Below, one piece after another: positions 38,480-50,906 of a stretch of 64,000 nt of DNA. Position numbers and translations under genes: made by a program. The number at the start of each line of letters is the position of its first letter. Position 1 is the stretch's first letter. A model generated the notes under the pieces. The model did no database searches, was not told the DNA's origin, and saw nothing but the letters and a program-made list of their open reading frames with translations. Source of the DNA: Octopus bimaculoides. Taxonomy: Eukaryota. The stretch lies in contig NC_068983.1 in NCBI RefSeq assembly GCF_001194135.2, positions 1,997,706 through 2,061,705 on the forward strand, given 5' to 3'.

Positions 38480-39300
38480 TTGTTAAGTATAATTGACAAA
38501 GAGATCAGAGCGATTACAGATAAGATTGACATCTTGAAAGATTCCTCTTCTAACCAGTACAACTACCAATCTCTCCTCCCCAGACGATAACTCTACTTTC
38601 CTATGTTTCATGACACCATCTTGCAAGACATTTAGCCCACACCCAAACAACTTAAATAATTCTACACAACGTCTGATCGGTGCATATGGAATTGGGTGAT
38701 ATCCCTGTCTACAACTATCTATGCGCTGTGCAAATACTTCATTCTCTTTCTCCAATCATTTAAAACTTGTTTCCCTATCATTAATTCCTTTGCTTTGTTT
38801 TTGTCTCGTGGGCCTTTCTGTCCGACATTTATTAAATGTTAGTATATCACGTCTGTATTATTCATATTAGAGGTTTCCTTAGAAGTCACTATCACATAAT
38901 TGGTCATCAATTTAAGGTAATGATTTCCTTCAATTAGTCTTTCACTATCAGTCAGTTGTTTTTTCCTTCCTTTAGTTAACCCCTGCTGCATTCCCTTTGA
39001 AATACACACATTGAACCGCATTATGTTCTAATTCTTTCAACCAAAAGACGTAGAGAAAGTGAAGCAGTTCTCCATTTTCTTGAGTTATTTCAATTGCTTT
39101 TGAATATTTGCGGTATAAGTTTCTTCTATATTTATACGTATTATCATTGCGACTGTTATTCTTTCTGAAATTTCTCCATAGAACAGATTCTTTCTTCAGT
39201 CTTCGGTTTTTCATAATCATTTCTTTGAATTTCCCCACGAATATCAAATGAAGGCTACTGGATTCTTTGAAAAGAAAGCGTTTATGCTCATATTCTGTTT
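38480..39300 (-). mobile_element. Decayed R4/Dong LINE RT fragment
   Basis: RKVELSSGEERLVVVLVRRGIFQ.. then VIALISLSIIL, matching the IRRGIFQGDSLS motif. Confidence 0.6.
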
Positions 39301-40705
39301 TTCCTGCCAACTTTCAGATTTTAGCATCGCTGTCTCTTTTAGCTCTTGATTCGTTGTTTCACTTTCTTTGTCATTTCTCTATTACGTTCGTTCTAATCTA
39401 CCTTTCGAATCCTTTGTTACTTTACCCAGATATTACTGATCCATATTATTTATGTCGAAGGCTACAAATCCTCGCATACAATGAAGAGTGTTTTTTTTTA
39501 TGAAACTTTCTTATATAAACTGGAAAGTGGACAGAACAGAGCAAACAGAATATTGTGATCGATGATTACAAGACGGGAAGTTTGTTGCAAGTGAGGTAGC
39601 AAGTAGATTTGATATCAAAGTCAGGTAAAAGCTGTAAAAAGAATACGATAATGACTTGAAGTATGAACTTGTCAAATCCTAAAGTAATGGACTTGACTGA
39701 GTCATGATTCTACGAAATATTATTCGGATTGGGAAACTGTGGTGTAGTGTTTAAGTATAAAAAACAGGGTCGCTATAGCTTAGTGATGGAGTGGGTGTAG
39801 TACAGAAAATTTGTTTACGTGGATGAGCCAGAATTATTCAACAATTCCGTGTTTCAGTAAAGACAGACACAAACAACATAGAAGATATTTGTTGCGTGGG
39901 TTCTGTAGATTTTTTAACCATCTTATTCAGATCCCCAGTTTAGAACCACGGCCAAAATATTCCATCATATAAGGCAAAGCAACACGAATTTGACTTTGGC
40001 ACCGTAAAAGTCACTAACACCAATGTGAACATCCTTAGAACAACTCGATCGTACGCTGTAGAAAGCACTGGCAGTTTATTTGTGAATTTAAGTAGTTGTA
40101 CAGAAGGTTCTGGAAGAATTACGAAGCGTTATAAAAGCTGGGACATTGAACTCCCCTGGTACTACAATACTCCGTTGGTAAATATTGTCATAAGATGTTC
40201 TCACGCTCACTACTTATTCTCTCTTTAATAACTGTGAACAATTTCCATTTACATAACATATTTATGCTATGAAGACGTTCACTTATCACATTCGCTTCAC
40301 TATGAGTGTTGCTTTGTTAAAATAATTGTTGCATATGTGTAAATACGAATCTTTCATGTAATAAAACAATAGGGAAAATTATTTAAAATATTTGTGTGTT
40401 CATCTGCAACTCTACTCGCATCCTCTCTGCTATTATATACAAATTGTGATGAAATAAGATTAAACAAATTTTTGTCGAATAGCAGACATTTTAAAGTTCA
40501 ACACTAAACGAGTGCTAGTCTGAATATATATACATTTTTTAATTATATGATGTACCCAATGATGTTTCATTTCTTAAATCCAGAATCTGTGTTATTGAAC
40601 CGATTCAGATCAAGCTACAAACAACAACGAAAACGAAAACTAAAAAAAACAAGTATTTCAAAAACAAAAGCAGCAATACATGTTTTTTTCAAATGTTGTC
40701 AAAAG

Positions 40706-40775
40706 GTAGTGGTAGTAGTAGTAGTAGTAGTAGTAGTAGCAGCAACAGCAGCAGCAGCGATAGTAATAATAATAG
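40706..40775. repeat. Compound (GTA)n(GCA)n(TAA)n tract
   Basis: Directly visible. Confidence 0.9.
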
Positions 40776-40777
40776 CC

Positions 40778-41850
40778 TTAAGTATTTGGGAATACGATAC
40801 AATTAAAAACAAGGAATGAAAGGAATTATTTCAGAAGAGTACTTCAGAAGGATCAAGTTCTGACAGACATCTCAATTAAATTCTAGAAATATTGCAAAGT
40901 TAATGAGTTGAGGTATTGTGAGGTATGTGGCCGCTCATCTGAAATGCAGCAAACAGGAACTTCAAGGGCAGAAGGCTTTACATAAAAGGACGGATGTGGA
41001 CAAACTGTATATGAAACGTAAAAAAGGAGGAAGGAGATCGATCCGTGTGAAGGATTGCATGAATATGGAAGTGAAGGGTCTCACTTAGTATCGTGATGAA
41101 AGCACTGAAGAATTGCTAGCATGAAGCAGAAGGAGGCGAAGACACTTGGAATTGGTTGGAAAAGGGAATTCTCATTAAAGAGGCTGGTGGCAGCTTAGGA
41201 TCGAACCCTGTGGACAAATTGTGCAAAATATAGGACAGGAGTCAATGTATCTCCATTGTGCCCTGAACGAGAAGAATCAGTAAGTTGCATAGAAAGTGAA
41301 TATTCCAAACTCCCACAGAGAAACAGTAGAAATGTTGGAGATATGATTGCAAAGGTGAACCACTAGCAAATGTGTATGAAGTATGGACTTCCATCGGAAC
41401 ACAACTGGTATTAACATGGACCTAGAACAAGAGACTGAGAATGATGAGGTTAAACTTCTTTGAGACATTCCTATGGAAATGAATCTTGTCCTAGAGAACA
41501 ACATTAACAAGTGATGTAAGAGCACTGATAGCACTAAAGAACATAATATTGACTTAAAACAATGCAGCCTGTACATTGATTTACATGAATATTCTTTCTG
41601 ATCATCATATCGCGGCAAAAGCATTTGGAAAGCTCAGAAAATATACAAAATAGCTCATTGAAACCGAAAAAATATGGCGTCGCAGGACGGTTCCAATACC
41701 AATGATTATTGAAGCACAATGAATGATAAAAAACAAATGAAATGAATATTATTTAAGAGTGAATCCTGGCTTACCATTCATGCAAGAATTGGAAAGTATT
41801 ATTTTAAATGGTACGTCACACGTACTGAGGAGTGCCTTGTCGCTGTGATT
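40778..41850 (+). mobile_element. 5'-truncated decayed R4/Dong LINE
   Basis: KYLGI..SEEYFRRIK; LHKRTDVDKLYMKRKKGGR; SPLC..EREESV; MCMKYGLPSEHNWY..ENDEVKLL*D; PG.P..L.GTSHVLRSALSL*. Confidence 0.75.
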
Positions 41851-41884
41851 TTTCTTTCTTTTTACCCCTTTATTTTCTTTTAGG

Positions 41885-43075
41885 TTTTGACGAAGGTTAA
41901 CACCAACAGAGGTATATTTCAAAGAGATAGCCTATCAACCTTGCTGATACAATACCAGGTAGTGGTTCCCATAGCTTCTCATCTTAACCGATTAGAAGTG
42001 TTAACATGTACATTGTTTTGTCTTCGTAGATTGGACAAAAACGGAATTAACAAAGCTAGAAAGATCTAGAAAGGCAAACATGGTCCATCGAAAAACTCAG
42101 TCAGACAGTAAATATAGAATTTTCATGAAAAGAAACTATCAAACATAATTTCAGTGAGTGAAGTAAACTCGTACAAAAGAAGTATAAGAACAGACATGAC
42201 TGTGTAGGCAAATGTTAGCTGAATATGTGGTTTCAAAGCAACAGAAAATTGCTATGGACACGACCCAGAGACTGATATAGAAAATTAGAATTACAAGACG
42301 TTTTTGAGAATATTTAATATAGCTTGCTTACCAACCACATGGTCCCGGGTTCATTCCCACTGCGTGGCACCTTGGGCAAGTGTCTTCTACTATAGCCTCG
42401 GACCGATCAAATCTTTGTGANNNNNNNNNNAAGTGTCTTCTACTATAGCCTCGGACCGATCAAATCTTTGTGAGTGGATTTGGTAGACGGAAACTGAAAG
42501 AAGTCTGTCGTATATATATGTATATGTATATGTATATATATGTATGCGTGTGTATATGTTTGTGTGTTCGTGTCTGTCCCCCCAACATCGCTTGACAACC
42601 GATGGTGGTGTGTTTACGTCCCCGTAACTTAGCGGTTCGGCAAAAAGAGACCGATAGAATAAGTGCTAGGCTTCCAAAGAATAAATCCTGGGGTCGATTT
42701 GCTCGACTGAAGCCGTTGCTCCAGCATGGCCGCAGTCAAATTACTGAAACAAGTAAAAGAGTAAATACTACTGGAGCAAGGAGACCAGATTTGATTACAG
42801 ATAACAAAATACACAAACAGTATAAGATCACAGAGTTTGTAATTCCTACCAGAATTGATACCAAAATTTGTTTTTTAATCGAGAAGTACCAGCACCTAGA
42901 CAGAGTGTTAGGGAGACTGGAAGACCAAGGGTTGTAGTAATAGATACACTTGGCACTTTACCCAAAATGCTATCTAAAAGACTGAAAGAAATCGGAATTA
43001 AAACTCGGACTGTCGATCTGCAGAAAAGTGCCATTCTGTATTCTGGAAGCCTCCAAAGAAGAATTCTTGAGATTT
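41885..43075 (+). mobile_element. Internally deleted R4/Dong LINE split by a SINE
   Basis: KVNTNRGIFQRDSLSTLL (41887); ARRPDLITDNK..EKYQHL; RVVVIDTLGTLPKMLSKRLKEIGI..DLQKSAIL..RRILEI* (to 43077). Confidence 0.7.
42320..42765 (+). mobile_element. Young dominant-family SINE (contains a 10-N gap)
   Basis: Family head, CORE, microsatellite core and tail ctccagcatggccgcagtcaaattactgaaacaagtaaaagag. Confidence 0.92.
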
Positions 43076-43370
43076 AAGAAGACTTGGGCTTACGAAACCT
43101 CAAAATTAGATACCTGGTACATAAATTAGTACGCGCTAACATCATAATATTAAATACTCCGTTTGGTATGTTTAGTCAAATCATATTTGATACATAGTGC
43201 TCGATTCGATCTCGCATCTCATGCACCGATTTTATAATGAATTTGGAAACAAACAGGTTAGAGAAAAATGTTGAAAAGTATCAGGAAAACATCAAAAGAA
43301 ATAAATACAAAAAGATGCTATGAAATTTTGCCATTAACATTCAAAAAGTACTGTAAGAAGTCTAAATTAA

Positions 43371-43373
<3 letters not shown>

Positions 43374-43413
<40 letters not shown>

Positions 43414-43432
43414 TATATATATATATATATAG
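43374..43432. repeat. (TA)n microsatellite
   Basis: Directly visible. Confidence 0.9.
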
Positions 43433-43956
43433 ATATACATACTTTAGAAAAATTGTGAAAATACATATCATCCATCATTCAAGAAACGGAAATATACTTA
43501 TCAAGCATATTATTAGTTTTGTGAAAATTTGTGTCATTTTATATTTTTGAAGTTATTTTAGTGAAAGATAGTTACACCTACGAAACATTGTAACAGGTTT
43601 TCAGAGAAAAAAAATCTGTTATTCAAAGTTTGCTCACGGGCCATCTTGTATCAACATTTCACAACTAATATAATGATTTCTGTTTTTTTTTTTTTTTTTA
43701 CTTTTTATATTTTCAATGGCTTCACTTATTAAGATATTAGTAGTTCACGAAGAATACATACAAATATATATGTAACATATGTATGTATATGAATTATGCA
43801 TAATCTTTATACATACATACATACATACAAATACATGTGTGTGTCAGTTGCTATGTATGACTATATACATAAACGTTTATGTATGTGTGTACAAAATGAA
43901 ATATACATAGATATATTTATTTTTAAATACACACACACACATAAATAAGTACATGC

Positions 43957-44002
<46 letters not shown>

Positions 44003-44349
44003 TCACACAAATACTAAGCAAATCTTGTATAACATACTAGAAATGGTGCTAGGTCTCGAAAGAAAATGATACGGAAATCATATTAGTTATTACGAATAAA
44101 AGGATGTGCTTTCGATTCCTATCCGCGCATTGTGGGGTCTCATTTCACAACGGTCCAGTCATCTCCGTTATAAAAGATCAATAACCGATTGGGATTTATC
44201 TTGACTCAAGTTTGGTAGTGCCTAAATAGGCCACTAAAACTAGAGAAAGTGGGGAAATAAGCAGCTTGGCTATACTACCTCCGTTATTTCTGAATGAGCT
44301 AATATAACCAAGATTGGGTGCGTTAAAATAGCTTTTGATAAAACCACGA

Positions 44350-45245
44350 AGTATGGGTGCAAGTGTGGATGTCTGAGAATAAGTTCACTTCACAGGATTC
44401 CGGGTTAACTCTTGGGCATGTGTCTTCTAATATAGCCTCATGTCGACAAAGCCTTGAGAGACGATTTGGTAGATGGAAACTCAAAGGAGTCCGTCGCATG
44501 CATATATATATATATATATATATATATAATCATAAATATACATATATAATCATAAATATACAGGGATTAGCATTGAGTTGCTTCTCCAACATACTGAAAA
44601 TTTAGAAATACCAGTCAAAGAACTACTGATTCTAAACTACAAATTTTTCTCTAAACGGATGGCGATATTTATGGCAAACATAGAACAAAAAACCGGAGGG
44701 AAAAGCGTAAACAAAACAAGTCTTTAGTTAAATGGATACGAATCGTGTGCCATAAATATCGCCATCCGTTTAGAGAAAAATTTGTAGTTTAGAATCAGTA
44801 GTTCTTTGACTGCTATTTCTAAATTTTCAGTATGTTGGTGAAGCAACTCAATGCTAATCCCTGTATATTTATGATGATAAATGGTTTTACCGATAAAGAT
44901 TTTTTCATACTGAACTACTTGGCAAAATTGTTAATTATTAATTCTATTATTAATTGACGATTCCCTGCCCTTATTCTTGTATATATATATATATGTGTGT
45001 ATATATATATATGTGAGTGTGTGTAGGAGGTGCGCGTGTTTGTGTGTGCATCTTTGTGCCTGTGTTTGTCTCGCATGATCACGTGACAACTGGTGCTGGT
45101 GTGATTACATCCCCATAACTTAGCCGTTCGGCAAAACAGACCGGCAGACAAAGTACTGCAGTCGATTTACTCGACTAACAATTCTTCAATGCAGTGCCCC
45201 AGCATGGCCGCAGTCTAATGACTGAAACGAGTAAAAGATAAAAGA
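44350..45245 (+). mobile_element. Dominant-family SINE split by a foldback insertion
   Basis: Head at 44350-44510 and tail at 45020-45245 (gtgccccagcatggccgcagtctaatgactgaaacgagtaaaagataaaag). Confidence 0.75.
44549..44875. mobile_element. Foldback/MITE with 128-bp inverted arms (2 mismatches) and a 71-bp spacer
   Basis: 44549-44676 versus the reverse complement of 44748-44875, compared base by base. TA-CAGGG...CCCTG-TA lies inside the arms. Confidence 0.95.
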
Positions 45246-45835
45246 CAGAGTGTGATGTATGCAGAAGGAAATGTTGGGTTTCAAAGCAGATATGCAATTG
45301 TAGGACGAGTGAGAGAGAAGTGCCAAATAAATGTTGAAGGTACGGTTTCTTTTTCATTGAAACGTAATTTACGACTTGGCTTAAACGAAATGACACTAAT
45401 AACGATTTGGTAGAGCTCGATATATTTATAAACCAGAGTAAAGCATTTCAGGAGAACAGGACTTAATATCATTTAATGAATAACAAGAGGACAAGATTTG
45501 GCTTATCCTCTCCATTTGCTTGCAGCTGATTCCGCTGTGACAAGCAATGCACTCTTAGAGATAAGTGCAGCAGTAACATCACATAGTTTCCACGGAGTAA
45601 TTAAAATCATGTGAGCGTTTATTTCGAAAAGCATGTAAATATATGGCACCCAAGACGAAGCTCTGAGTGCGATGCATCTTATTGCAGAAAGAGATATAAC
45701 CTAAAGAAGGGGATAAACTGATGCCATTTATTTTGTTATTCATTAAAACAACTCCCTTTATCCCTCCTCATTATCTCTCTCCCTCATAGACATACATGAA
45801 CACACACACACACACATACATATACATACATACAC

Positions 45836-45878
<43 letters not shown>

Positions 45879-45879
45879 A

Positions 45880-46147
45880 GAAAGATCATGCAGGCACTTT
45901 TCATAGTTTTAATATAATTTTTAATATATCTTGCATTGTGTTTGTGGACCGGTTTCGCTTTCATTTTTCACGACATTAAAATTTATTTAAATAGGCATTT
46001 TCTTAATAAGAAATGTTTTGTACATGTTGCGTGTTGAGTTTACGAATGGACGATTCAACAAGTGGACAAATCTAATGGGAGGGAATTGGTTATCGCTATT
46101 ATTGTAGATAGGGGAGATAATTGTTCATCTTTCGGTAGTTGGGGGAA

Positions 46148-46182
<35 letters not shown>

Positions 46183-47230
46183 TTCAAAACCTAGATTAAT
46201 GGGAAGAAATATGTAGAGTGATGGGTATGTAATCGTGAATTAAAACGTGTAAAGACATCAAAGTTGGTTATGTATACTTATTGAGACGTGTCCTGTATTT
46301 TTCGATGAATAATTTTTTTCCCTTTTAAATCGTTCTTGTAAAGAAATTGCATCTTTGTACTGGTAGAAGGGGAAAACTGTGAAAATTGGTTTCATGTTGC
46401 CTGCACATCACTCTACGTGTTCACTTAAAGGAATTTGTATTGCAGGTACTGGATCTGCTCTTTAGGTAGAGTGGTTTTCCGTCTCATATCATACTCTTCT
46501 GTCCTATATAGTGATGTTCACAACTCGAGCAGGTTATTAAATATATTAGGTTCTCAGAGGCACAAGTGAAGTCGGCTTTAATCGTGAACCTCTCTCCTTG
46601 CATGAAAAGGAAATCCGAGCCTTCAAGTAGATTTGAGCATGTTTCACAGTTTAGGCGTTCACATTTTTAACCGTTGGTTTCTTGGTTGTTGTGTATAGCT
46701 TCTAATTTGTTAGAAGTCTCTTTAGCTATTTGTGTTGCTTTCTGCATCTGATGAGTTTATGCGCTTTCAGGATGTTGTTTATTTTGGGGTTTCTAATTAG
46801 TAAAGAGAGATTTTGCACAATAGTGTTCTATGCCTCATTGTTTTTCATGTTTGTGAGTCGATATATGCAGCAGTGTTTTGAGATGAAGTGTGCTGTCATG
46901 TTTTGTTGTCCTTAGTGTTTTTAAGTCTAATTTCTATGCACGCTTAATTCCATCGTCTATAGTTGAGGGAGGATATTGTCTTTCAGTTAGCGTTGTTTTG
47001 AGATGTTGAAGACAAAGGTCACGTGTAGTTCTATCAGACCCTATTATGCAAATCCTTTTTGCGAAATTAAGAGGGGTTTTATTCTGATGTATTTCGGGTG
47101 GCATGAGCTTTCGAGTCGGTTGGTTTATGATAGATGTCAATTGTAATTTGGTTGTTGACTTTTTTACCATAATATCCAAAAATGGGAGCTGGTTTTGCTA
47201 TATTCCATTGTGAACGTTAATGTCATTTAG
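45880..47230 (-). mobile_element. 5'-truncated Penelope-like element (RT thumb, GIY-YIG endonuclease, 3' repeat)
   Basis: AKRICIIGSDRTTRDLCLQHLKTTLTERQYPPSTIDDGIKRA; C.RLNCETCSNLLEG; FTCASENLIYLITCSSCEHHYIGQ; FTVFPFYQYKD. Confidence 0.88.
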
Positions 47231-47425
47231 TGTTGATTTGAATTCTAAAACTTTGTGATTCATAAACTCCACACACAACATAGACAAAAAATTCTTCCGA
47301 AGAAAATACGTATTCAAATAAATTTTAATGTCATGAATAGCGAAACCGAAACCGGTTGACAAACATAAGATATACTAAAAATCATATTACGACTATGTAA
47401 AGTGTGTGCATTTTCCTTCTCTAAT
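47230..47425 (+). repeat. Inverted copy of the Penelope 3' terminal repeat
   Basis: aaataaattttaatgtc.tgaa..gcgaaaccggt..caaac..agatata.taaaaat.atatta..actatg.aaagtg matches 45890-46010 in the opposite orientation. Confidence 0.7.
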
Positions 47426-47437
47426 TTCTTATATATA

Positions 47438-47815
47438 GGCGCAGTAGTGCCTGTGTGGTAAGTAGCTTCCTTGCCAACCACGTGGTTCTGGGTTCAGTCC
47501 CACTGTGTGACACCTTGGGCAAATGTCTTTTATTATAGCCTCGGGCTGACTAAAGCATTGTGAGTGGATTTGGTAGACGGAAACTGAAAGAAACCCGCCG
47601 TAAATATATATATCTGTGTGTGTATTTGTGATTGTGTGTCTGTGTTTGTTCCGCCACCATCGCTTGACAACCGATGCTGGTGTGTTCACGTCCCCAGAAC
47701 TTAGCGGCTCGTCAGAAGAGACCGATAGAATAAGTACTAGGCTTACAAAGAATAAGTCCTGTTCGACTAAAAGGTGGTGCTCCAGCATGACCGCAGTCAA
47801 ATAATTGAAAAAAAT
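47438..47815 (+). mobile_element. Dominant-family SINE, full length
   Basis: Head, CORE and tail are all present. Confidence 0.92.
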
Positions 47816-47834
47816 AAAATAAAAGTATACATAC

Positions 47835-47869
<35 letters not shown>

Positions 47870-47939
47870 TACGTACGCACGTACATACATACATACGTGT
47901 ATATATATATATATATTTATTTATATCCATACATATACA

Positions 47940-48540
47940 TGTGCTTAACCCCCCTCCCCTCTTCATCATCTCTTGTACTGACACTTCCTGTCTTCACTCA
48001 TATCCACCTTCTCTCTTCATTGACACCTTGTCCATCCACACCCTCCCAACACACCCCACACATCCCACCCCATACACCCACACACTAGCACTGACCACTT
48101 CCCAGCACCCACACCACACACCATTATTCTTACACCCACCTACCATCTTCCTCACACGCACACCATCATCCACATACGCACTCACATAAACATGCACGTA
48201 TCCACATGTCAAAGTCACGAGCTCCACCCACACATACACACATACATACATACACGCACCTTCGTTTTGGGATCACCAGTACTTTATTATCTCCCCTTAT
48301 CCCTAGCTCTCCTGTCAGACTATTTTCCCCAACCAGTTACCATGATTGATCGCTAAATCCACAAGTTTTGTTTTTTATTCTCTATATGTTTATTTCCTAA
48401 AATTCTTTTCTGCTGAAGAGCTTTGTCAAGAAACGTTTCTACTTTCTCACTTTCCCGACTGTCAAACTAATACACCTGCTTGTTGTTCATACACCTGTCT
48501 TCGCCTTTTGTTTTCCTGTAAATTTCAAATATATATATAT
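47940..48540 (+). mobile_element. Penelope-derived non-autonomous repeat (C/A-rich body, decayed hammerhead)
   Basis: Homologous to 49690-50177 in the opposite orientation. ttttCTGCTGAagagc..GAAACG at 48406-48436. Confidence 0.6.
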
Positions 48541-49689
48541 ATATATATAGTTAAATGAGTAAATGTTGCAAAAGGCAGAAAAGGCCATGTTAGAGAATGT
48601 TTGATATATTTGTTACAGTTAGTGATTTAAAATATAACCGGTTTCGATGTATCTATCTTACTAAATATTAAAAAAAATGTTTAAGGAAGTCGAAGAGAAA
48701 AAAATAGAGTTAACAGTTTGTACCCATATTTTAGTGTATGGTGACATTTTACTTCTGAGTCACTCCTTATAGATGATTTGTCTATGTAGTTTTGGGGGTG
48801 GAGTTCAAGAGTTCACAGTTCAGGAATTCTAATGAAAAGAGGTGTTTTGGATCGAACAGGTAGTTTCTATTCAGCATGTGGCCAGCTGTGTGTGTGTGTG
48901 TTTTTGGAATATATTGTCAAAACATTTTTCTGTTTTTCCTTTTTCTATTGAGAGAAGTGCGCGCTCTTATGATTCCGTACAAACAAATGTTCAAATTGAT
49001 TACATTCGTTTTTAATCGATTGTCGCTTTCCGTAAACAAATATGAAACAGATGTCTATTTTTAATTTTCAAGATAATTTATTTTTAATACAACTCACTGC
49101 CGTCATATGGTTTCCGTTGGCCATGCATTTTGCTTTCTGTATAAACATTTAATTATGGCATTAGAAAAATCTAAACTTATACTTTGTAAAGTATTTTTAT
49201 TTTCGCTTTTGGCCAATTTATTAAGGATATTAAATCAATGACGAACGAAAACAAAATAGATTTACGCACTACGAAAAGATATGTGTATATTCATTATATC
49301 TAACTAGCTATTCATCTTTCTTCCTCTCTCTCTCTCTCTCCCTATATATATACATATGCATGTGCAGTACTTAGTTTGAAGCATTCTGTGATAACACCCT
49401 GACTTTGTTTTCTTTTTCTTTTGTGATTTATCTTATATCTCATCTTCCATTGCTCCGGTCTTACCCAACAAGTATCTATAATGTATGTGCGTGTGCGTGC
49501 GTTGATACAACAGGGAAATAGAACACAAAACATGAGAATATGCATATATCATTTGAACGGCTGAAATTTACGAATTGAGTTAAGGCACAAACTTTTTATT
49601 TACTGTTAACTCAATGCACATGCGCAAGTCTCTCTGCACTTTAGTCCACTATAAAACATGCTGGTTATATAAAAAATACACACACATAT

Positions 49690-50177
49690 ATGTTCATAGA
49701 TATATATGGGAGAATATACAAATAATAACAACAGACGAGGACAGGTGGTGTAAATAACAAATGATATATTAGTATGACGCTCGGGAATACGGAAAGTCTT
49801 TCACGTTTCGAGCTACGCTCTTCAACAGAAAGAATACGGAGACAAAAACACGGAGAAAAAAAATTGAATAGTGTTCAGTCAACGGTCAATCATAATAATG
49901 GCCGATCATAACAATGGCTGACCGGAAGTTAGAAATTCGTTTTTCAGGAGAGCTAAGAAAGGGGGAGATAACAAACGGTGATCGCGAACGAGGGGCTGTG
50001 TGTGGGAGGTAGAATGCTGGTGGTCTTGACGTTTGTAGTGTGAAAATGGGGAAGGGAGAAAGTAGTTGGTCAGTTGTAGTGTGTGCATGGTGTGATGCGA
50101 GGGTATTGGTGTGGTGTGATGTGAGGGTGTTGGGAGGTGGGGAAGGTATGGGTGGAGTGTGGTTTAGGCTGAGGGTG
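49690..50177 (-). mobile_element. Penelope-derived non-autonomous repeat with a variant hammerhead core
   Basis: Minus strand reads cttt-CTGTTGA-a-GAGC-gta-GCTC-GAAACGT-G-aaag. Confidence 0.65.
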
Positions 50178-50489
50178 NNNNNNNNNNNNNNNNNNNNNNN
50201 NNNNNNNNNNNNNNNNNNNNNNNNNNNNNNNNNNNNNNNNNNNNNNNNNNNNNNNNNNNNNNNNNNNNNNNNNNNNNNNNNNNNNNNNNNNNNNNNNNNN
50301 NNNNNNNNNNNNNNNNNNNNNNNNNNNNNNNNNNNNNNNNNNNNNNNNNNNNNNNNNNNNNNNNNNNNNNNNNNNNNNNNNNNNNNNNNNNNNNNNNNNN
50401 NNNNNNNNNNNNNNNNNNNNNNNNNNNNNNNNNNNNNNNNNNNNNNNNNNNNNNNNNNNNNNNNNNNNNNNNNNNNNNNNNNNNNNNNN

Positions 50490-50843
50490 AGAGAGTAGGA
50501 GAGTAAGAGTGAGAGAGTAGGAGAGTAAGAGTGAGAGAGTAGGAGAGTAAGAGTGAGAGAGTAGGAGAGTACGAGAGAAGAGAGTGAAAGAGTACGAGAG
50601 AAGAGAGTGAGAGAGAGTAAGAGAGAGGAGAGAAAGAGTAGGGGTGAAGAGAAGTGGGAGTGGAGAGAAGTAGGAAGAGAAGTTGGAGTGAAGAGAAGTA
50701 GGAGGAGAAGTGGGAAGAGAAGTAGGAATGAAGAGAAGTAGGAAGAGAAGTAGGAAGAGAAGTTGGAAGAGAAGTTGGAGTGAAGAGAAGTAGGAGTGAA
50801 GAGAAGTAGGAAGAGAAGTGGGAAGAGAAGTAGGAGTGAAGAA
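50490..50843. repeat. Purine-rich complex minisatellite
   Basis: Units GAGAGTAGGAGAGTAAGAGTGA and GAAGAGAAGT(A/T/G)G. Confidence 0.9.
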
Positions 50844-50906
50844 ATATATACATATATATGTGTATGTATTCATATATACGTGTGTGTGTGTGTGTGTGTG
50901 TGTGTG

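Noticed and set aside
39944-40228. 95-codon open frame (NHGQNIPSYKAKQHEFDFG...)
   Set aside because: No recognisable domain or clear splice support; the length is within chance expectation.
42378-42473. Exact 43-bp direct repeat flanking a 10-N gap inside a SINE
   Set aside because: Identical sequence on both sides of a placeholder gap is best explained as an unmerged contig overlap, not a biological duplication.
50070-50873. Ser/Thr/Leu-rich repetitive 'protein' (PTSL/SYFS repeats)
   Set aside because: It is a translation of the purine minisatellite plus a gap, with no coding evidence.
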